From NCBI GenBank assembly GCA_905178155.1, contig CAJINV010000001.1:12697136-12761135 (forward strand): a DNA stretch of 64,000 nt. The letters are read 5' to 3'. The notes beneath the pieces are model-generated. The model saw nothing but the letters and a program-made list of their open reading frames with translations. It did not search any database and had not been told where the DNA came from. Every line of letters starts with the position of its first letter. Within the stretch, counting starts at the first letter, position 1. This DNA comes from Amoebophrya sp. A120 (Eukaryota > Protista > Dinoflagellata). This document shows, one piece after another, positions 10,866-24,828 of this stretch. Made by a program: the position numbers and the translations under genes.

Positions 10866-13630
10866 ATGGAGCAGAGCAGCGACGCTCCGACGGCGCACGC
10901 GGCTGTTTTCGATGCAACGCCCGCTGCTCCGCGGGAACATCATAATAGTGGTCCTACAACTAACACCGAGGTGGGTCCAGCTATTCCCACCATCCACGTG
11001 TCGCGCGCGCCGTCCGAGCGTATTTCGTATGCGCCGTCCGATGTGAGAGGGGTGACAATTGCGGACTTCCGCGACACGGTGTATCCCTCAAATTACCGCA
11101 TGTCTGCCATGCCATCCGAGATTGTTCACGTCACCAGCGGAGGCGCTGCTAGCCCCGGCGACAGCGGGGGCGAAGAGCTGGTGGTAGACGCAAAAACCTC
11201 CAATACTAGTGTGGCACTCGTCGACCAGAGTGCGCGGGAAACGCGGCAAGTGAGCAGCCGCGCTAGTTCCACCGTGTCGTCTGCGAGCAGTGGGGGAGCA
11301 GGCGGGAAAAAAAGGAAACCGGAAATGCCTTCTGTTGCCGGCGAAAATCTAAATCACGTAGACCATGTTGATGACGCAGCAATGGACACACTGGGAATTA
11401 TGGATAAGCAACCACAGTCGCCCGACCATACCGGAAGCGAAGCCTCTTCTGGGGTGGCGGCCGATATCGGCTTGCTGGTCAAAAATCTGCACGAGCGACG
11501 GGACACGGACTTGCAAAAAATGCACACGGAGTGCGAGCGATTGCGAAAGGAGCTGGAAGAGAAAAATGCGGAGTTGGAGCATTTACGTGCGGAAAAACTG
11601 CTGAGTGCCGCTTTGTCGGGGGCTGACGGGGAGACGGCTGATTTCAAGGCGGACTTGGCGAGTAAGGCACAGGATCAGGTACTAAAGGAAAAGTTTACAG
11701 ATGTAGTCGTGCACTCTGTTTTTGATTGAAGGTTTTTTTCCAATTACTTCGTCGAGCAGCTGCAGGTGGCACGCAGTCGCTACAGTCAACAACTTGAACA
11801 ACAAACGTACAAACCAACCCCAACACCTTCAGCTTCGCGAACTTGCCTCTGCCAGCGCGAAGCGTATTTCGCACCTGGAAGAGGAAAAGCTGCGCGCGCG
11901 ACTGGAAGGCGAGGAGATCCAGCGCAGTGTAAGGGAGCAGCTCTTGGAATTGGAAACCATGCGACTCCAAGTAGAGGAAACTGAGCACGAAAACCAACGG
12001 CTGCTGCTTAAAGTCGAGGCGCTCGAGGCTACAAGTAAGTGCTCCGGCTTCACATTTGTAAATGTAACAGATACGTGTTTCATCTTTTTCGGATGATATA
12101 TACCGGTATTACAGGAGTCGTTCGATTTTCGTCAGAAACAAGTGTACAAGAACTCAGCATTTCCTTCTTTCGCTCGACAGCCGTCGCATCTTCTGATAAA
12201 GGACATAAGACGAGCAAGGGCACCCACTCAACGACCTCCCCTCGCAAGAAGACGACTTCCAAGGCAAACGGTGGGTCCCCCGCCTCCCCCGATCAAGCGC
12301 TTCGCTTGGAAAGGCTCACGCAGCGCTGCGAAAAAGCTGAGGAGTTGTGGAAACAGGCGGAAAAGCGGGGCGCGACACTGGAGGCGGCGATGCTGGAGTA
12401 TCCAGGAAAAAACACCCGTCCACATCCAATTTGTCATGGAGAACATGCATAAATTGCAGTGTTTGTCATGCAAAAAATGGATGTGGATGGGTTTTTTTCC
12501 TGGATATGGAGAAGGAAAAGCACCACAAGAAGTTCTCGCGGAAGCTTGCTTTGCTGGAGAAGGAGAACGAGCAGTTGCAAAAACGCATTGAAAAACAAAA
12601 CCGGACGGAGCTGCTGGTGGAAGATTTGCAGAAGCGCCTCGACAATAACTACAGCGCACTCGCGGTCGCGCAGCAGCATAATTCACAGAGTCCTTGCGAT
12701 TATATCGTCGCAGGGTCAGCGGCGGCGCACAGTGCTCCTGCGGCAAGATCGCAGTCGCCGACATCAGGTAAAAATCCTTTGTGGCTCTCGACGGGACAAC
12801 TTCGCTCTCCCCGCGAGTTTATCCCCCGGGACCGCGGGCGCTGGCCGGAGAATATCCAGCAAACGGAGCTGCTGCACGCGGAGCAGATCAAAAATCCGGA
12901 GAACAAGCAATACGCCGCGATTCTGGAAGAGAAGGAAACGTTACAGCAGCGTCTGCAGGAGCTGCAGTCCGCCAAAAAACTAAAGAGCGAGCTTGAACAG
13001 GGTGAAAAAGACGCAAGCGCAGCAGCAACAGCGACAGTTTCGATGAGGACCCCGCGAGACGCCGCCGTGCCGAGTTTCTACGTTTCGAAGACACCGACGA
13101 CGGCCCCGACGTCTCCGGACGAGGACAATAATTCGACAAAGGCGCACGACTCCCGCCTCGGGCTGTACTCTCCTGATATTAAATCGTCGAAGCGCACCCG
13201 TTTTAACCGCAAAGCCGGGTTTCCCGCAAACTGCTTTTCTACTAATGAGCCCGGGTCATCTACTCGCGCCTGTAGCAGTGCGCCTGAGCAGGGTGGACCA
13301 CGACGGCGAGAGAGAAGCAATAACCCAACGCCGGGGTTTTTGACCACTCCGACTGCGCGGGCGCGGACGCCAACGCCGACCGGCCGCGGGAGAACGAAAA
13401 AGGTACCCAGTCAAGAACGACGGCAACAGGCAACGGGTTCTACTGAGATGAATGGTCCACGAGGGAGAGGGAGTAGTGCGAAGAAGCCGCCGTTTTTGCT
13501 TGGTTCTGGCCGGAGCTACAGCAGCACCCCGATGTGCTCGCCGCGGGGAGTGTACGGTAATGTGGTCAGACAAGAGTTGATCAACGTTCCACCAGCGTCA
13601 GTGCTGCCGAGCAGCGACTACTTGTGGTAA
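10866..13630 (+). CDS. Coiled-coil, low-complexity hypothetical protein (4 exons)
   Basis: Four ORF pieces join via GT-AG introns 11679-11832 and 12035-12180 and the introner 12399-12506. Heptad-rich E/K/L segments. Confidence 0.7.
12399..12506. mobile_element. Introner, 108 bp
   Basis: ~30-bp IR TATCCAGGAAAAAA..CCC.TCCACATCCA with one mismatch and one indel. TGGAG direct repeats at 12394-12398 and 12507-12511. Removal fixes a frameshift (AAMLE-KEKHHKKF). Confidence 0.92.
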
Positions 13631-14862
13631 AAAAGTCTGCAGTAATCATTGCACTTATCGTGCAAACCATAACCACACACGGTTTTGTTTCGGAGAACTC
13701 TCTATCACTATTTCACACTTCCAAATGAACGACTACCTCCACTACATTGCAAACAAGAGGAGACGAATGCCTTTTTCATGTGATGCATAGAAATAAAGAA
13801 TTTTCAATTTTGCAAGCCGTCGCGAACCCATGAGTTACAAGTTTTCATGCCTAGGTTGTTTAACAGTGTGTTTTTGTTTTTGCTTTGCTGACAACTTTTC
13901 TTGAGCTTGGCGATGAGGAGCCGTTGTGAGCCTGTGTATTGTAGTGTATCCAATTCAAGTGGAGTGTTAAAAAACGAAGGCCCAAGAAGTTGGGCGTCGA
14001 CGAGACAGCGGTGGTGTTGTTGACAAATGCCAATGTGAAAGATTGTTCCACCATCAATGTACTGACACTTGAGAACCCAGAACTTTCGCAACATAAACAC
14101 GAAGGAAAAAAAGATCATCATCCTGTGGAGCGAACGTTATTTTGATGTTTGCCTTTTTTTTCTACGGCATGCAATTTAATGCGTCAAGAAGCCGGGCAGC
14201 TAATGTTCCGTGGATCCAGAAAAATAGCGAAACGATCTAGAGGGCCCTCAACTTGTGAAGTCGCCATGCCCAGTCAAGAATACGAGAAGGATCAAATAAA
14301 GAAAGACATCATACAAAATGGATCAGGATTGGATCGGTTCTTCAAGAAATATGTTTATTGATCAGGCATAAATCGAGGAAAAAATTTAAATTATAGAGCC
14401 TGTTCTAGGAGTAGAAAGATCCAAAGCGACAATTCATGAGGTGGCGGTCTCCTGATCAGCGTGAACAAAATCCGAAGCATCGGGTTTTCTGAAAGACACC
14501 TTTGATTTTCTTCTCACAGATTTTCGTCGGATGGTCCGTCCAAACCCAAACTGTTGTCCTCTACCCACTTTTATTTTGATTCTCACGACCCGGGCCCGAA
14601 TAAATTTCATGTGAAGTAGAAGGACGCTAGCACCAGAAGTACTCCCACAGTATTTTGTTCGTGAGCAGTTTTCTGTTTGAAGGTTTAGAAATCAAGGTCG
14701 TAGACGAGTTGTCTGCGAAAGATCGTAGAAGTAAATTGGCACACCTTCCTGATCCCAGATGAAGATGGACCTGAAGATAAGAATGTGTATGGTAATTGAC
14801 ACCACCTTCTTCACCGCCTGTGCCCGTTCATCATTATCTCCCTGGCGACACGAAAACTAGAA

Positions 14863-17800
14863 ATGAATCGGTCCAGCGAAGTAGGTGGGAACGACGAGTT
14901 GCCGCCTAGGGCGGGAGGTCTTCCCGTAGAAGTATGCGCAGATGCCGTCGCGGCCAAGGACGAGGACGGCCGACAGGAAACCGGAACCAATGTAGTTCAT
15001 AATTTCCATAGGCGTGAACAAGAAGATCTAAATCATGTTGTCCACGCTCCAGCACTAAATACCGCTGTCGAGGAAGTGGATGTGGTCCACAATTTGCAGC
15101 CGGTCCCGATTATACTAAACACCCTGGAAGATGATGCCACGAATAATTTGCGGTCTTCCGCTTCACTCTCCGAAGGATCCACAACTGCAGATGACGAAGA
15201 GGAGTTTCAATTCGATCACGAGGAAGCAGACGAAACCTGGTATAATGATTCGAACCTAACGACGCCAAGAAATCTTGCTCAACATCATCAAAACGGCGCC
15301 CCTGGTGACGGCTCTGTCGGGGTAAGTAGAACTACGCCACCAGCACCACCAGCTGCTGCACGACCCTGTGGAGGTCCTCGTCCCGAAAAACCAATTGTTC
15401 CGCGGCGAGGAGCAAGCAGCTGCACATTTATTTCTGGTTCTCCTAGAAGCCCCAGTTTATTGACGACGCAAAAGAGCACCATCAGCACCAGCGTTCCGTC
15501 CTGCTACGACAGACGTCTGATCAACGCGCACAAACGCAGTCTGTCCAGATCCACTTCGGTGTCGCTGACCGAATCCTCCGACGCGAAGCCGCGGTTCCGC
15601 CGCGACCCCGGGGAAGCGCACGTCCCGCCACGTGCCAACGTGAAGATTGAAAAAGATTCAGCTGTCGTACAGCTCCCGGGTGGAAATAATGAGGAAGAGA
15701 TCCAGGAGGACGCCGTTGTTCTTGACGATGAGCCACCAAATACCAGTAAATCGGACCGGGAATCCCCGAAGTGCTGTACCGTCTCCATTTCGTTGCTGCT
15801 CTGCGTCCTCGTCGTTCTGTCTTTTTCCGGGTTGCTGATCTATTTCGTCCAGCTAGCAAAGGATACCATGGCCGACCCGCTGAAGGACAATCACACGACG
15901 CCCGATGTCATCGTGCCCCCGTACCGGAAGTTTTTCCGCGTGTACCCGGATCTCAGTCTGCAGCAACTCTCCGTGGTCTTGCTACACGAAGATCCCAGTG
16001 TGTACCTCCCGCAACCAGACCTCGACGACAGCGACGCCCACCTGGTGCTCGCCATGGCAAATGCGGACTTCCAGTTGAACCTTTATGAACTGCAAAAGTA
16101 TCGTACTAGTAGTAATTGCAATACAAATTAGCTCAGCATGACAAATGGAATTTGTCATGCTGTTTTGCCTTGGGATAGATTTGTAAATGCATAACTGCGA
16201 TTACTACGAGTGCGATACTTTTGCACAGGATAACCTGCCCGCGGTGCCGATCCAGGGCACGGCTGACGTGAACAGCGCCAGCGTATACGGTGGGGACGGC
16301 TCATTGGCGGGGAACGGGGTTTTTACAACAACGTCGAGTCGCCACGACCACGGGGTGCGCCCGACGTCGCTGCGATTAGGATTCTTGGGCGTTGGGATTG
16401 ATGCTGGTGTGGCCTCGTCACAAGATGGAAACAGTAACGGGAGTGGTACTACTACAAATGGCGGACAAGGAGCATCTTCGCAACACCAGGTGGCCTCAAC
16501 TAGTACGGAGCTACTTTTGCCAGTGTGGCAAAATCTCATGGCGTCTCGCTTGCCGATCGTCGAAATAGAGGCAGACGTAGAGGACAAGTTGCGCGTTGGC
16601 GAATTCAAGAGCAACCTGGTTGCACAACTCACGGAGGGCTTGTCGGTTCTACAGGAGGAGCTTTTCGCCGAAACGCAGAAGGGCGGTCAAGGAGCTGTTA
16701 CCGCACGACCCATGCATTTGCAACAACAAGCGTTCGCTGGAGACTACTCGTCATCTCAAGGTATGGCGGATGGGATTGTGGCTACGCCACGTAGAAGGCG
16801 CAACGGTGGAGCCGTTTCCAGAACTACTGCGCAGACTTATCATCGGCGCAAGGCAACAAGCGACAACACTGATCGGCGCTCGCCGGAAAGTTCTTTTTTG
16901 CGGGAAAAAATCCTCGCCGTGTTGGATTCTGAGTTGCTGAAAGTGGTTTCGCCCGACACCAGCGGAGCAAGAAATTCTGACCTGCTCGTTCAGAAGTTGC
17001 GATTCGACTACATTTTTTCGCTCGTCGCGCTTCTGCAGAAACTCGTGTTTCGGCTGCAGCACTTGGGGTTCCGGTACGACACGTTGTTCGATGCCCCGGA
17101 ACCGGTTTTGTCCAGTGAGAAGAGTGGCGAAAACAGAAATGTCAAGGAGGGGCTGCAGAAAGCGCTGGCACAAAACGATTTGTTTTTGGCCAGAATCATG
17201 GCGCGCTCAGATGGGTTGTGGGAGAAGAAACCCGTTATGAATTTCTACTTCATCGACAAAAGCGACGGGAGCGACCATGACGCTGGCGAACAACCACAAG
17301 CGGGAGTAAATGCAAAGGCTGGTGCTGACCACCCTGACGAGAACGAGGATCGTGGTGCCAACAATGAAGGCGGGGAAAATAATGCCCGCCCGTGTGTGGT
17401 CTGTGGCGCGAATAACTGTTACCGGGAAGAGGACAAGAGGACAGTGGACCGCTTTGAGTTGCGACTGCAATTGAGAAACATGCTGCTCCCAGGGGTGGGC
17501 GCTTCAGACGACGGGATAACGCCCGCCCCCGAGGACACCCTGCACGGCAAGTACAAACTCGTCGATTTGAGGGACAACGGTCAGGCAGCTGCTGCAGGAG
17601 ACGGAGAGGGAGACGGCGGACCTTTTGTGATTAATCGTCGAATGGAACGAATGGTGAGCCCTGCAGTGACGAGCCTCGATGGTGCGTTCTCTTCAGCGGA
17701 GCATCTTCAAATGGTCCACAATACAACTACCCAGTTTCAACATGCTCCTCCTGTCTCATCGTCTTCGTCCGGCGGCGGAACAAATATCGCGGTCGAGAGC

Positions 17801-18910
17801 GTCGATTTGCAAATGCCCTGGACCTCTATCACTGTTGAGTGGTCAAAAACCGGGAATTTTGTCTTTTCCTCGCAGCAACACCACGAGTCTGCCGCGTCCT
17901 TGCTGCAGGACCTGGAGACCCACCGGCTTCGCCTCGGCGGCCAGATCGCGGCCTACGTACGCGTGTTTGCGGGCAAGGGGCGCGACACCGTTTTGCTGAC
18001 GCGCCCGCTGCATCAGGTGGAGCTGGCAGAGATGGAAACGAACCTTGCGCACTGGCTGCGGACTTTGGACGTGTTTCTCTCCGAGAACGTGCTGACATCC
18101 GAGCCCGAAAGTGGTGGCACTACTACAACCGGGTTGCTGGAGAGCCGCATTGCCGTGTTCCGACAGGAAGGGTTTCCAGTGTCAGGGCGGATACCAGCAA
18201 ATCTTTCGCTTTCAACAAATAATCACTATCAGACCTACACCGTCATAGCCAGGAGCGCTCCCATCCAGATCTCGAGGACGCAGTTCGATCGATTCTTCAA
18301 CCGAACGGGGAACCAGGTTCTTGCGAACTTTTGGCGACCCAATGACGACGAGGTGATGCCATTCCTTCCCTACATTCGCGCCACGGCTAGCGAAGAAGCC
18401 ATGGCGGCTGCCCTGAATCTCACAGACTACCTGCGCTTGTCACCCGACGACCGCGCTGCACATCACGCGGTACTGGATCCCAACTTCCTGATTGCAAAAA
18501 ACGCGCGCATATTCGGCGTCTTACTTCCGTGTACCTGCACGAAAGCCGCAACTTGCGACCACACAGGCTCTACTGTCCCATCTTCAAGAGCCGGGTCGTC
18601 TGATCAAGAGGTCTTTGCTGGACCAGGACGAACTTCTTCAGCGCGCCCACTGCCTGTATGCGTGTTTTTTCGCGGCCTGACCGACATCGAGTATAAGCTT
18701 CCGGTTTTCTCGCCGGCTGGTGGTTCGACCTGGTTGCAACTGGCGGAGGGTGCTGGAGTGGACCACTCCACGCAGCAGAATCAAGTGTGGTGGAACGCAA
18801 GAACTGCATTGGAAGGCTTTTCTGAAGCGCAACAGCAAATGCTGGTCACCCAGTCAAACCAGAACGTCTTTGGCCGAACTGTCCCTGCTTCCCCCGTACT
18901 GGACGGATAA
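14863..18910 (+). CDS. Large single-pass membrane hypothetical protein (two ORFs joined across an introner)
   Basis: TM segment ISLLLCVLVVLSFSGLLIYFV. Removing 16084-16232 plus 5 nt fuses FQLN-LPAVPIQG into the 16187..18910 frame. Confidence 0.75.
16084..16232. mobile_element. Introner, 149 bp
   Basis: IR TAT-N4-TGCAAAAGTATCG.ACT.GTAGTAAT.GCA. Flanks ACCTT/ACCTG (4/5). Internal hairpin CAGCATGACAAAT-GGA-ATTTGTCATGCTG. Confidence 0.85.
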
Positions 18911-20237
18911 AAACTACCTGGTTAAATGTAAGAATGCGACTCTCGACGAAAAATACTTACTTCTAGAGGCAGCGAAAAAGTAGCGACGACCTCCCTTATA
19001 TGTTGAATTAGTCTATCTAGTAGGTCTAGGTGAGCAAACATACCTAGCATTTTTGAAGATCATTCGTGCAGAATGTTATGAAACCACTTGAAGCACACAA
19101 GCACAACGTAGCTCTCCTTTCTTTTTCGGAGGACAGGAGGACGAAAAACAAATTTTGACCATGGTGTTGTGTACGATGAAAGAGTAAGACCCTTACAACA
19201 GATGGAAGCGAGGCAAATAGAGTATGCGAATGTTGAAAATGAAAGATTAAAAGTTTTTCGACGAATCCAGTAGGTATAGCTTCCCAATCCCAAGCAATTC
19301 CGAACCCGAAGTAATCTAAAACCCCGACCTGCTAGAAACACAAGAAAAAAATGCTATGGAAAATAGTAACCCTACCCGCAGTAAACGTAATTCGTAAAGA
19401 CGATGAACTTTTCTTGCCCCTTTACACGATTGCGCAAGACGATTCACGCTTTTGTGGATGATGAACTTAGATGGAAAGTGCACACTTGACAGCACCATAG
19501 CATATTATTGTTTTGTTGCGCGGAGAACAGTTGAGGTCGGTCATAGCATTATCATTATGTCGGAATGCGAACGATCCCTAGGTTTCTGTGCTCTGCTGCC
19601 TCCATAATCACGGATGCGCCTTTTTTTCCATCGGTTTTCATTCGGTACTTGAGTACACATCTCGTCGTCTTCGGCCTAATATGCTACGAATTTCTGTGTC
19701 AAGCACTGCTGATGAAGAACAATGAATCCCTCTCCTCAAGCTCTGCTGAAGAACAATTGGAACGATCGGTTCAAGACCACAGGCAGATCAAATTCGGTCA
19801 GTCTAGTATCGCATTCGCAAAACATAAACGCTAACTTACAAAAAGAAAAACAATAACTTGCGCACAATATGACCCAAGCCAGGAGTTTATTTTCTGCCCT
19901 GGTTTTACTTTTAGTTTTATGGTACAAAAAGCTTTCTCGCCGCGAATTTTCTCCTGCATTTGCAATTGATTGTTCGTATATCATTTTCGCCCACTACCTC
20001 TCCGACTTCCTTGTTTTGTATTGAGCTGCGACACACGCAATATGGACCCTGATGAGGAGGAGGAAAACGCAGAGCCTCCGCCACCGCCTCCCCCACCTGA
20101 AGTATCAATTTGAAAACCGGCTCGGTACTGCATTATATCGCGTCCCGATCAGGGCACAGAGGGCTCTTTGCCATGCGGGATTATGCAGATGGTAGATTAA
20201 GATTTTGAAATGCATGAAGTGATAGTTGTGATGTTCT

Positions 20238-20864
20238 ATGTATCGGTATAGCAAAATAAATACAACTTACCATGTGGAACTAGGCCCTGCTTATCGTACT
20301 ATCCCTGACCGGGAAGATCGTACTCCTGCCGAGTCATTTTCATCTCGATACTCGTGGGAAACGCGCGATGTGCGCGATTTCAATTCGAAGTGGGCAACGG
20401 AGCAGATTCGCGCGCTCGACCTCGAGTATGAGAAGGAATGGGACGCGAAGCAGTTTCTTCCCGCGCCGCACAACACCGTGATCAAAGTCCCCTTTGAGAC
20501 GGTGGAGTTACGGTTTCTCAAGCGCAGCGGCGGCGTGTACCACTGCGTTAAATCGAAGGAGATCAAACACCACTGGGAACTCAGCTGGCTGCCGCCCAAA
20601 AAGAGCAACAACCCCAAGGATGACGACCAGTGGTCCCCGAAGCGCAAAAAGGTAATCGACCACACGGAATACGACATTGTACGCTTGTGCTTTGGCATGG
20701 CGGTGTCGAACCTGCAGCAGTTCCCGGCGGACGAAGTCGCGGGCGACGCTTGCACTTTGAGCATCGTGAAACCCTCGATGAGGAGGTTGACCTTGTGCAT
20801 CCCGCAGACCAGCGAAACCTGCAAGAAGCTCGAATCCTACCTGCGAAAGATTTTGATGACGTAG
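20238..20864 (+). CDS. Hypothetical protein
   Basis: 208-aa ORF with GC-rich coding-like sequence between AT-richer flanks. The 5' end is uncertain. Confidence 0.55.
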   Translation: MYRYSKINTTYHVELGPAYRTIPDREDRTPAESFSSRYSWETRDVRDFNSKWATEQIRALDLEYEKEWDAKQFLPAPHNTVIKVPFETVELRFLKRSGGVYHCVKSKEIKHHWELSWLPPKKSNNPKDDDQWSPKRKKVIDHTEYDIVRLCFGMAVSNLQQFPADEVAGDACTLSIVKPSMRRLTLCIPQTSETCKKLESYLRKILMT

Positions 20865-21489
20865 TGAAGATACTAGAGAGACCACGATAGAGGGAGCTTG
20901 TCAGATCAGTTTTTTGCTTTCTTTACATACCTACAGTTCCAGTTTGCCACACTTTCGCTCATATGTTTTTTTGGCTAACAATTGTTGATATTTCCTTCTC
21001 TTGTTATTTGCACGGTTTCATGAAGATGTTTATGATCGATAGCCGCAACGATGCAACCGCAGGACCAGTTCCTTTTTGCTGTTTGTCTTGGTGGACACTT
21101 TCATAAATTTTTACTTTCCTGCACCGCCTGTTTGCCTCGAACGTAATGCTAATTTTTCGTTTTTCTCCACGATCGTGGCGATTCAGATGACCCATCCGCT
21201 AAGGCTGAAAACATGTAAGCAATGCGCTTGTCGGTGTTCCGCTCCTTCGCCTTTCGGCACAGGATGCAAGCGCAGGTGCACCAAACCGCCTAGATTCTGG
21301 GTTGCATCGAGAGGAGACAGTTGAGTGTAGTGAGTGTGAGCGCTTTCCTCCAGGAAAGATGAAGTTTTTTAAAGCTCTGAAAAAAAGATCCCTTACGACG
21401 GTGGAAGAGCTGCAATTCTTTCTACTTACGCACTCCAGTGGTCTTCGTACGACTTACGCATGCAAGAATAGCCACGCTTTTGGACGAAG

Positions 21490-23634
21490 ATGGCCACTCT
21501 CTCCGCATCCTCTTCATCCTCCTCCAAGGTTTTTGCTACCGCGGCGAAGCTGCTACCGGATTCCAAGCCCCTTAGCGGCCCGGGCGATTTCTTGAGCGCT
21601 AGCAAACAAGAGCATCTACAGGAAGAGCAGCAGAACCTCTTTCCTGAAGATGAAACGAAGCGGAAGCAATTAGTTCCGGAATCACCACCGAAAAAGGTGC
21701 GTAAGCTCGCTGCAAGCGAAGCGCAGAAGGGAGCAGTGAAAAAATCCAAAAAGGCACAAAAAGCCAAGAAGTGCGACGATTTGGACGTGGAGGAGTTCAT
21801 CGAGTATGACAAGCTACCAGCTCTCGACAGTGTCGTGCTTGCGCCGGGTATCAAGGTGGAAGCCACTGCCGTCAAAGTCGGCGATAAGCTTTACTCGCAG
21901 TTTCCTGATAGGAAGTCGTGGCGTCCTTTTAAGGTAAAGATGGCCGACGAGCAACAGGAAATCCACTGGAAGTACAAGAAATCAATCAAGGACCCCATCA
22001 TGAGATTGAAGCTGGCCGGCGACCCGGAGGTAGTGAAAAAGTCGACTATTCGCGTAAATCCGATCAGCTGTCCGGAGCGCGGCGTCAGCTTTAGGTCTCG
22101 CGGGAGTCGCATCTCCGAGAAGAGCTGGATCGTGCAGCACAGAGATATCGAAGGCAGACGCCATGACCGGGCCTTTAACTGCGGGAAACACGTTGACCTG
22201 CAGGACCCGGAGGGTGAGCGAGACGAAAAGGCCCGAGCGCGTTGTATGGCCGTCGCTGTCGAGTGGCTGCGTGAGCAGAGAAGAAAGGTGGAAACGCAGC
22301 GCCAGGAGGAAGGGAAGCCGAAGAAAAAAGTCGTACGCTTGTGCTTCTTCTGCTACATTTGGCATACACACAAAGCATGACCTGCTCCGGCTTCGGATCC
22401 TGGACTTGAAGTCTTTGCATTTCTTATAGTGATAGCTGGCTGCGATAGACGTGTTATTTTTATTTTTTTTTTATTGCGGGCTGTCGCTGTAACTGTATTC
22501 ATGGGGGATATTGTAGGAAGTACTGGGCAACTTCTTGGTCTTGGAGGTGGGTACTAAAAAAAGTAAAACCAACGAAAGTTGCGAATTTCTGTTTCCCCAA
22601 AACCAATGCAGCATGAGTCCGTTCGCGAGAGTGGAGTACGAGGGGTCAGTTGGTATCGTGCGGCCAAGCATCCGCACCTCGCTGGGTGGACGGCTTCAAT
22701 CTCCTCAAAGTCGTTCTGCGGAGGCGCAGGTGGAGCTAACACGGGTGGGCGAGTCGTGACGCGTAGGTTCAAACTGGACAAGCGTGAGTACGAAGGCGAC
22801 CCGGCAGGGCTTGAGGAGGAGCTCGAGAACCTTCGTCAGAGGGCGGTAGCACAGCGCAAACTGTGGGAAAAAGAAGTGTTTGTCTTCCAGGAGACAAAGG
22901 AAGAAAAGCCAACGCAGACACTCACCGAGGACATGCCGCAAGCAGGACGAGGCGAGAATCAGGCAGGAGATCATGATCGACAGGAGAAACTCCAGTACGC
23001 TCCCAGTGCCTTCCGCAACAAAATGAAGGGCAACGAGATGGACACTTTCAAACCGATCGGGAAGAAGAGCTACGTCTTGGAGAAGTCTAAACTTGTCCAG
23101 CAAAAGCAGACCAGTAAGAAGCTGACACTCGTCGACGCGACAAATTCGATCGCCGGGGATTTGGACAAGCAGAGGCTGCACCCGCGCAAGCCTAAGAACC
23201 GCGAAGCAAAATCAACGTCCCTCGCCAGCAAGCAGTCTTTCGTCGTCAAGAAGGAAGGCGCGAAATCAAATAGCGTGAACAAGGACAACAAGAAGACACT
23301 GAGCACCTCGCCGACATCTAAAAAGAGGCTGAAAAATAAGAGGGGCATTGAAAGTCCAAAGATGCACACATCTGCGTTGAAAGGACAGCCTGACAGCATG
23401 ATTTTCTCGACCGCGGCTAACAAGTCAGTTTCGACTCGCTCTTTGTCTTTTCAAATGTTCCTGAACACGCATGAATACGAGAACGACCCGAAGGGGCTGC
23501 AGGAGGCGCTGGGAGAGTTACGCCAGCAGCCGGCGATCGCGCAGCGAAATGCGTCGAAAGAGGGGGCGTTTTTCCGCCACGCGGCGCGTTCGGAGCAAAA
23601 GAAGCAGCAGGAAAAAGTCGAAGTTAGTAAGTAA
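21490..23634 (+). CDS. ApiAP2-like protein, unit 1 (intron 22333-22611); may continue to 26583
   Basis: AP2-like motifs PERGVSF...[18 protein letters not shown]...AVEW and ESGVRGVSW...GWTASI...VTRRF...AVAQRK. GT-AG intron at the KKV|H junction. Confidence 0.65.
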
Positions 23635-24240
23635 AATAAAGCTATCATGAATGATTGTAAATCTAAATGTAGACCAAGCAGCATATCCTTCAGTAGTACA
23701 TTCAGAAAATCAAGACTCATCGTCATTCGTTTCTCCCTTTGATGTGCCGTGTCTCTTAGGACCATGAACTGCATCGAATGAATTTTCGCACTTGAAAAAG
23801 AGCAGACACATAGAAAAAGCATAGCCTTGCACCGTTCGAGCAGGTATGCACCTCAAACCATGGTTGATAATGTATGATGCTGATCATCTTTCCTTGAGTA
23901 ACAGTCCAACCTTCGCCTTTCCTCTGCTGAGGGATTCAAATGAAAAGTCAAACAATGGAAGCAGGCGCGTGCTGTTCTTTGCAGTAAGTTTCTGAGAGCG
24001 GAGTGAGATGAATGGTTTGCAATGCAACTTCATGAGGAAAAACGATATAGACCATCAGTAGAAGCTAGAGCGGACCTACGATTGGGACAGGGCGGGGGCG
24101 CCACACAGTCCGCAAACGCATGGAGAGAGGCGGCACAGACACAAATTTCAGTGATCTGTAAAGAGGACGACGACAACCACCGTAGAACATTCTTCTTTTG
24201 GCTGGTGCTGTGAGATTTTTGATCGTTTTGTCGGAGCATC

Positions 24241-24660
24241 ATGCCTGCTTCCGCACGCCAGAGCGGTGTCCGTGGCGTTCAATGGTTGCACAACGTCAAG
24301 CGCCCGAACATCGCGGGCTGGAGAGCGGAGATCACTTCTAATTACCGTGGCGAAAGCAGCAACGCAGGCAAACACAAGGGCCGTAAGTTGGTGCGCACCT
24401 TCACGCTCGACATACGGGAATACGAGGGCTACCCGGTGGGGCTTGCCGACGAGCTGGAAAATCTCCGACAACAGGCGGTGGCTCAGCGGCAGCAGTGGGA
24501 GGAGGAGGCCCGCCATAAAACACCGGAATTAAACGGAAAAGAGAAACTGACAAGCCCGCTGGCGCGAGCACAGACGGATCAAGCAGTCCAATCGCCATCG
24601 GAGGAAGACGAACCCAAGCCACGCACTCTGACTGATCAGAGAAGGAAGGTACCTACTTAG
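24241..24660 (+). CDS. Exon encoding a further AP2-like domain
   Basis: QSGVRGVQW...AGWRAEI...[38 protein letters not shown] is paralogous to 22612-22890. Possible phase-0 GT-AG intron 24649-24834 links it to the next unit. Confidence 0.6.
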   Translation: MPASARQSGVRGVQWLHNVKRPNIAGWRAEITSNYRGESSNAGKHKGRKLVRTFTLDIREYEGYPVGLADELENLRQQAVAQRQQWEEEARHKTPELNGKEKLTSPLARAQTDQAVQSPSEEDEPKPRTLTDQRRKVPT

Positions 24661-24828
24661 GCAGGGCATTTCTTTTGGAAACCGCGACGAGTGTTGCAGA
24701 CTTCTTCTTGAAATGAATATCCATCAGTCAGTAATGCTACCCAGTTCATTATTTCGGGCGGACTTTGTGCCAGAATGAGAATGTGACTCGCATGAAAATC
24801 AACTTGAATCAAATACATTCGCACTCAA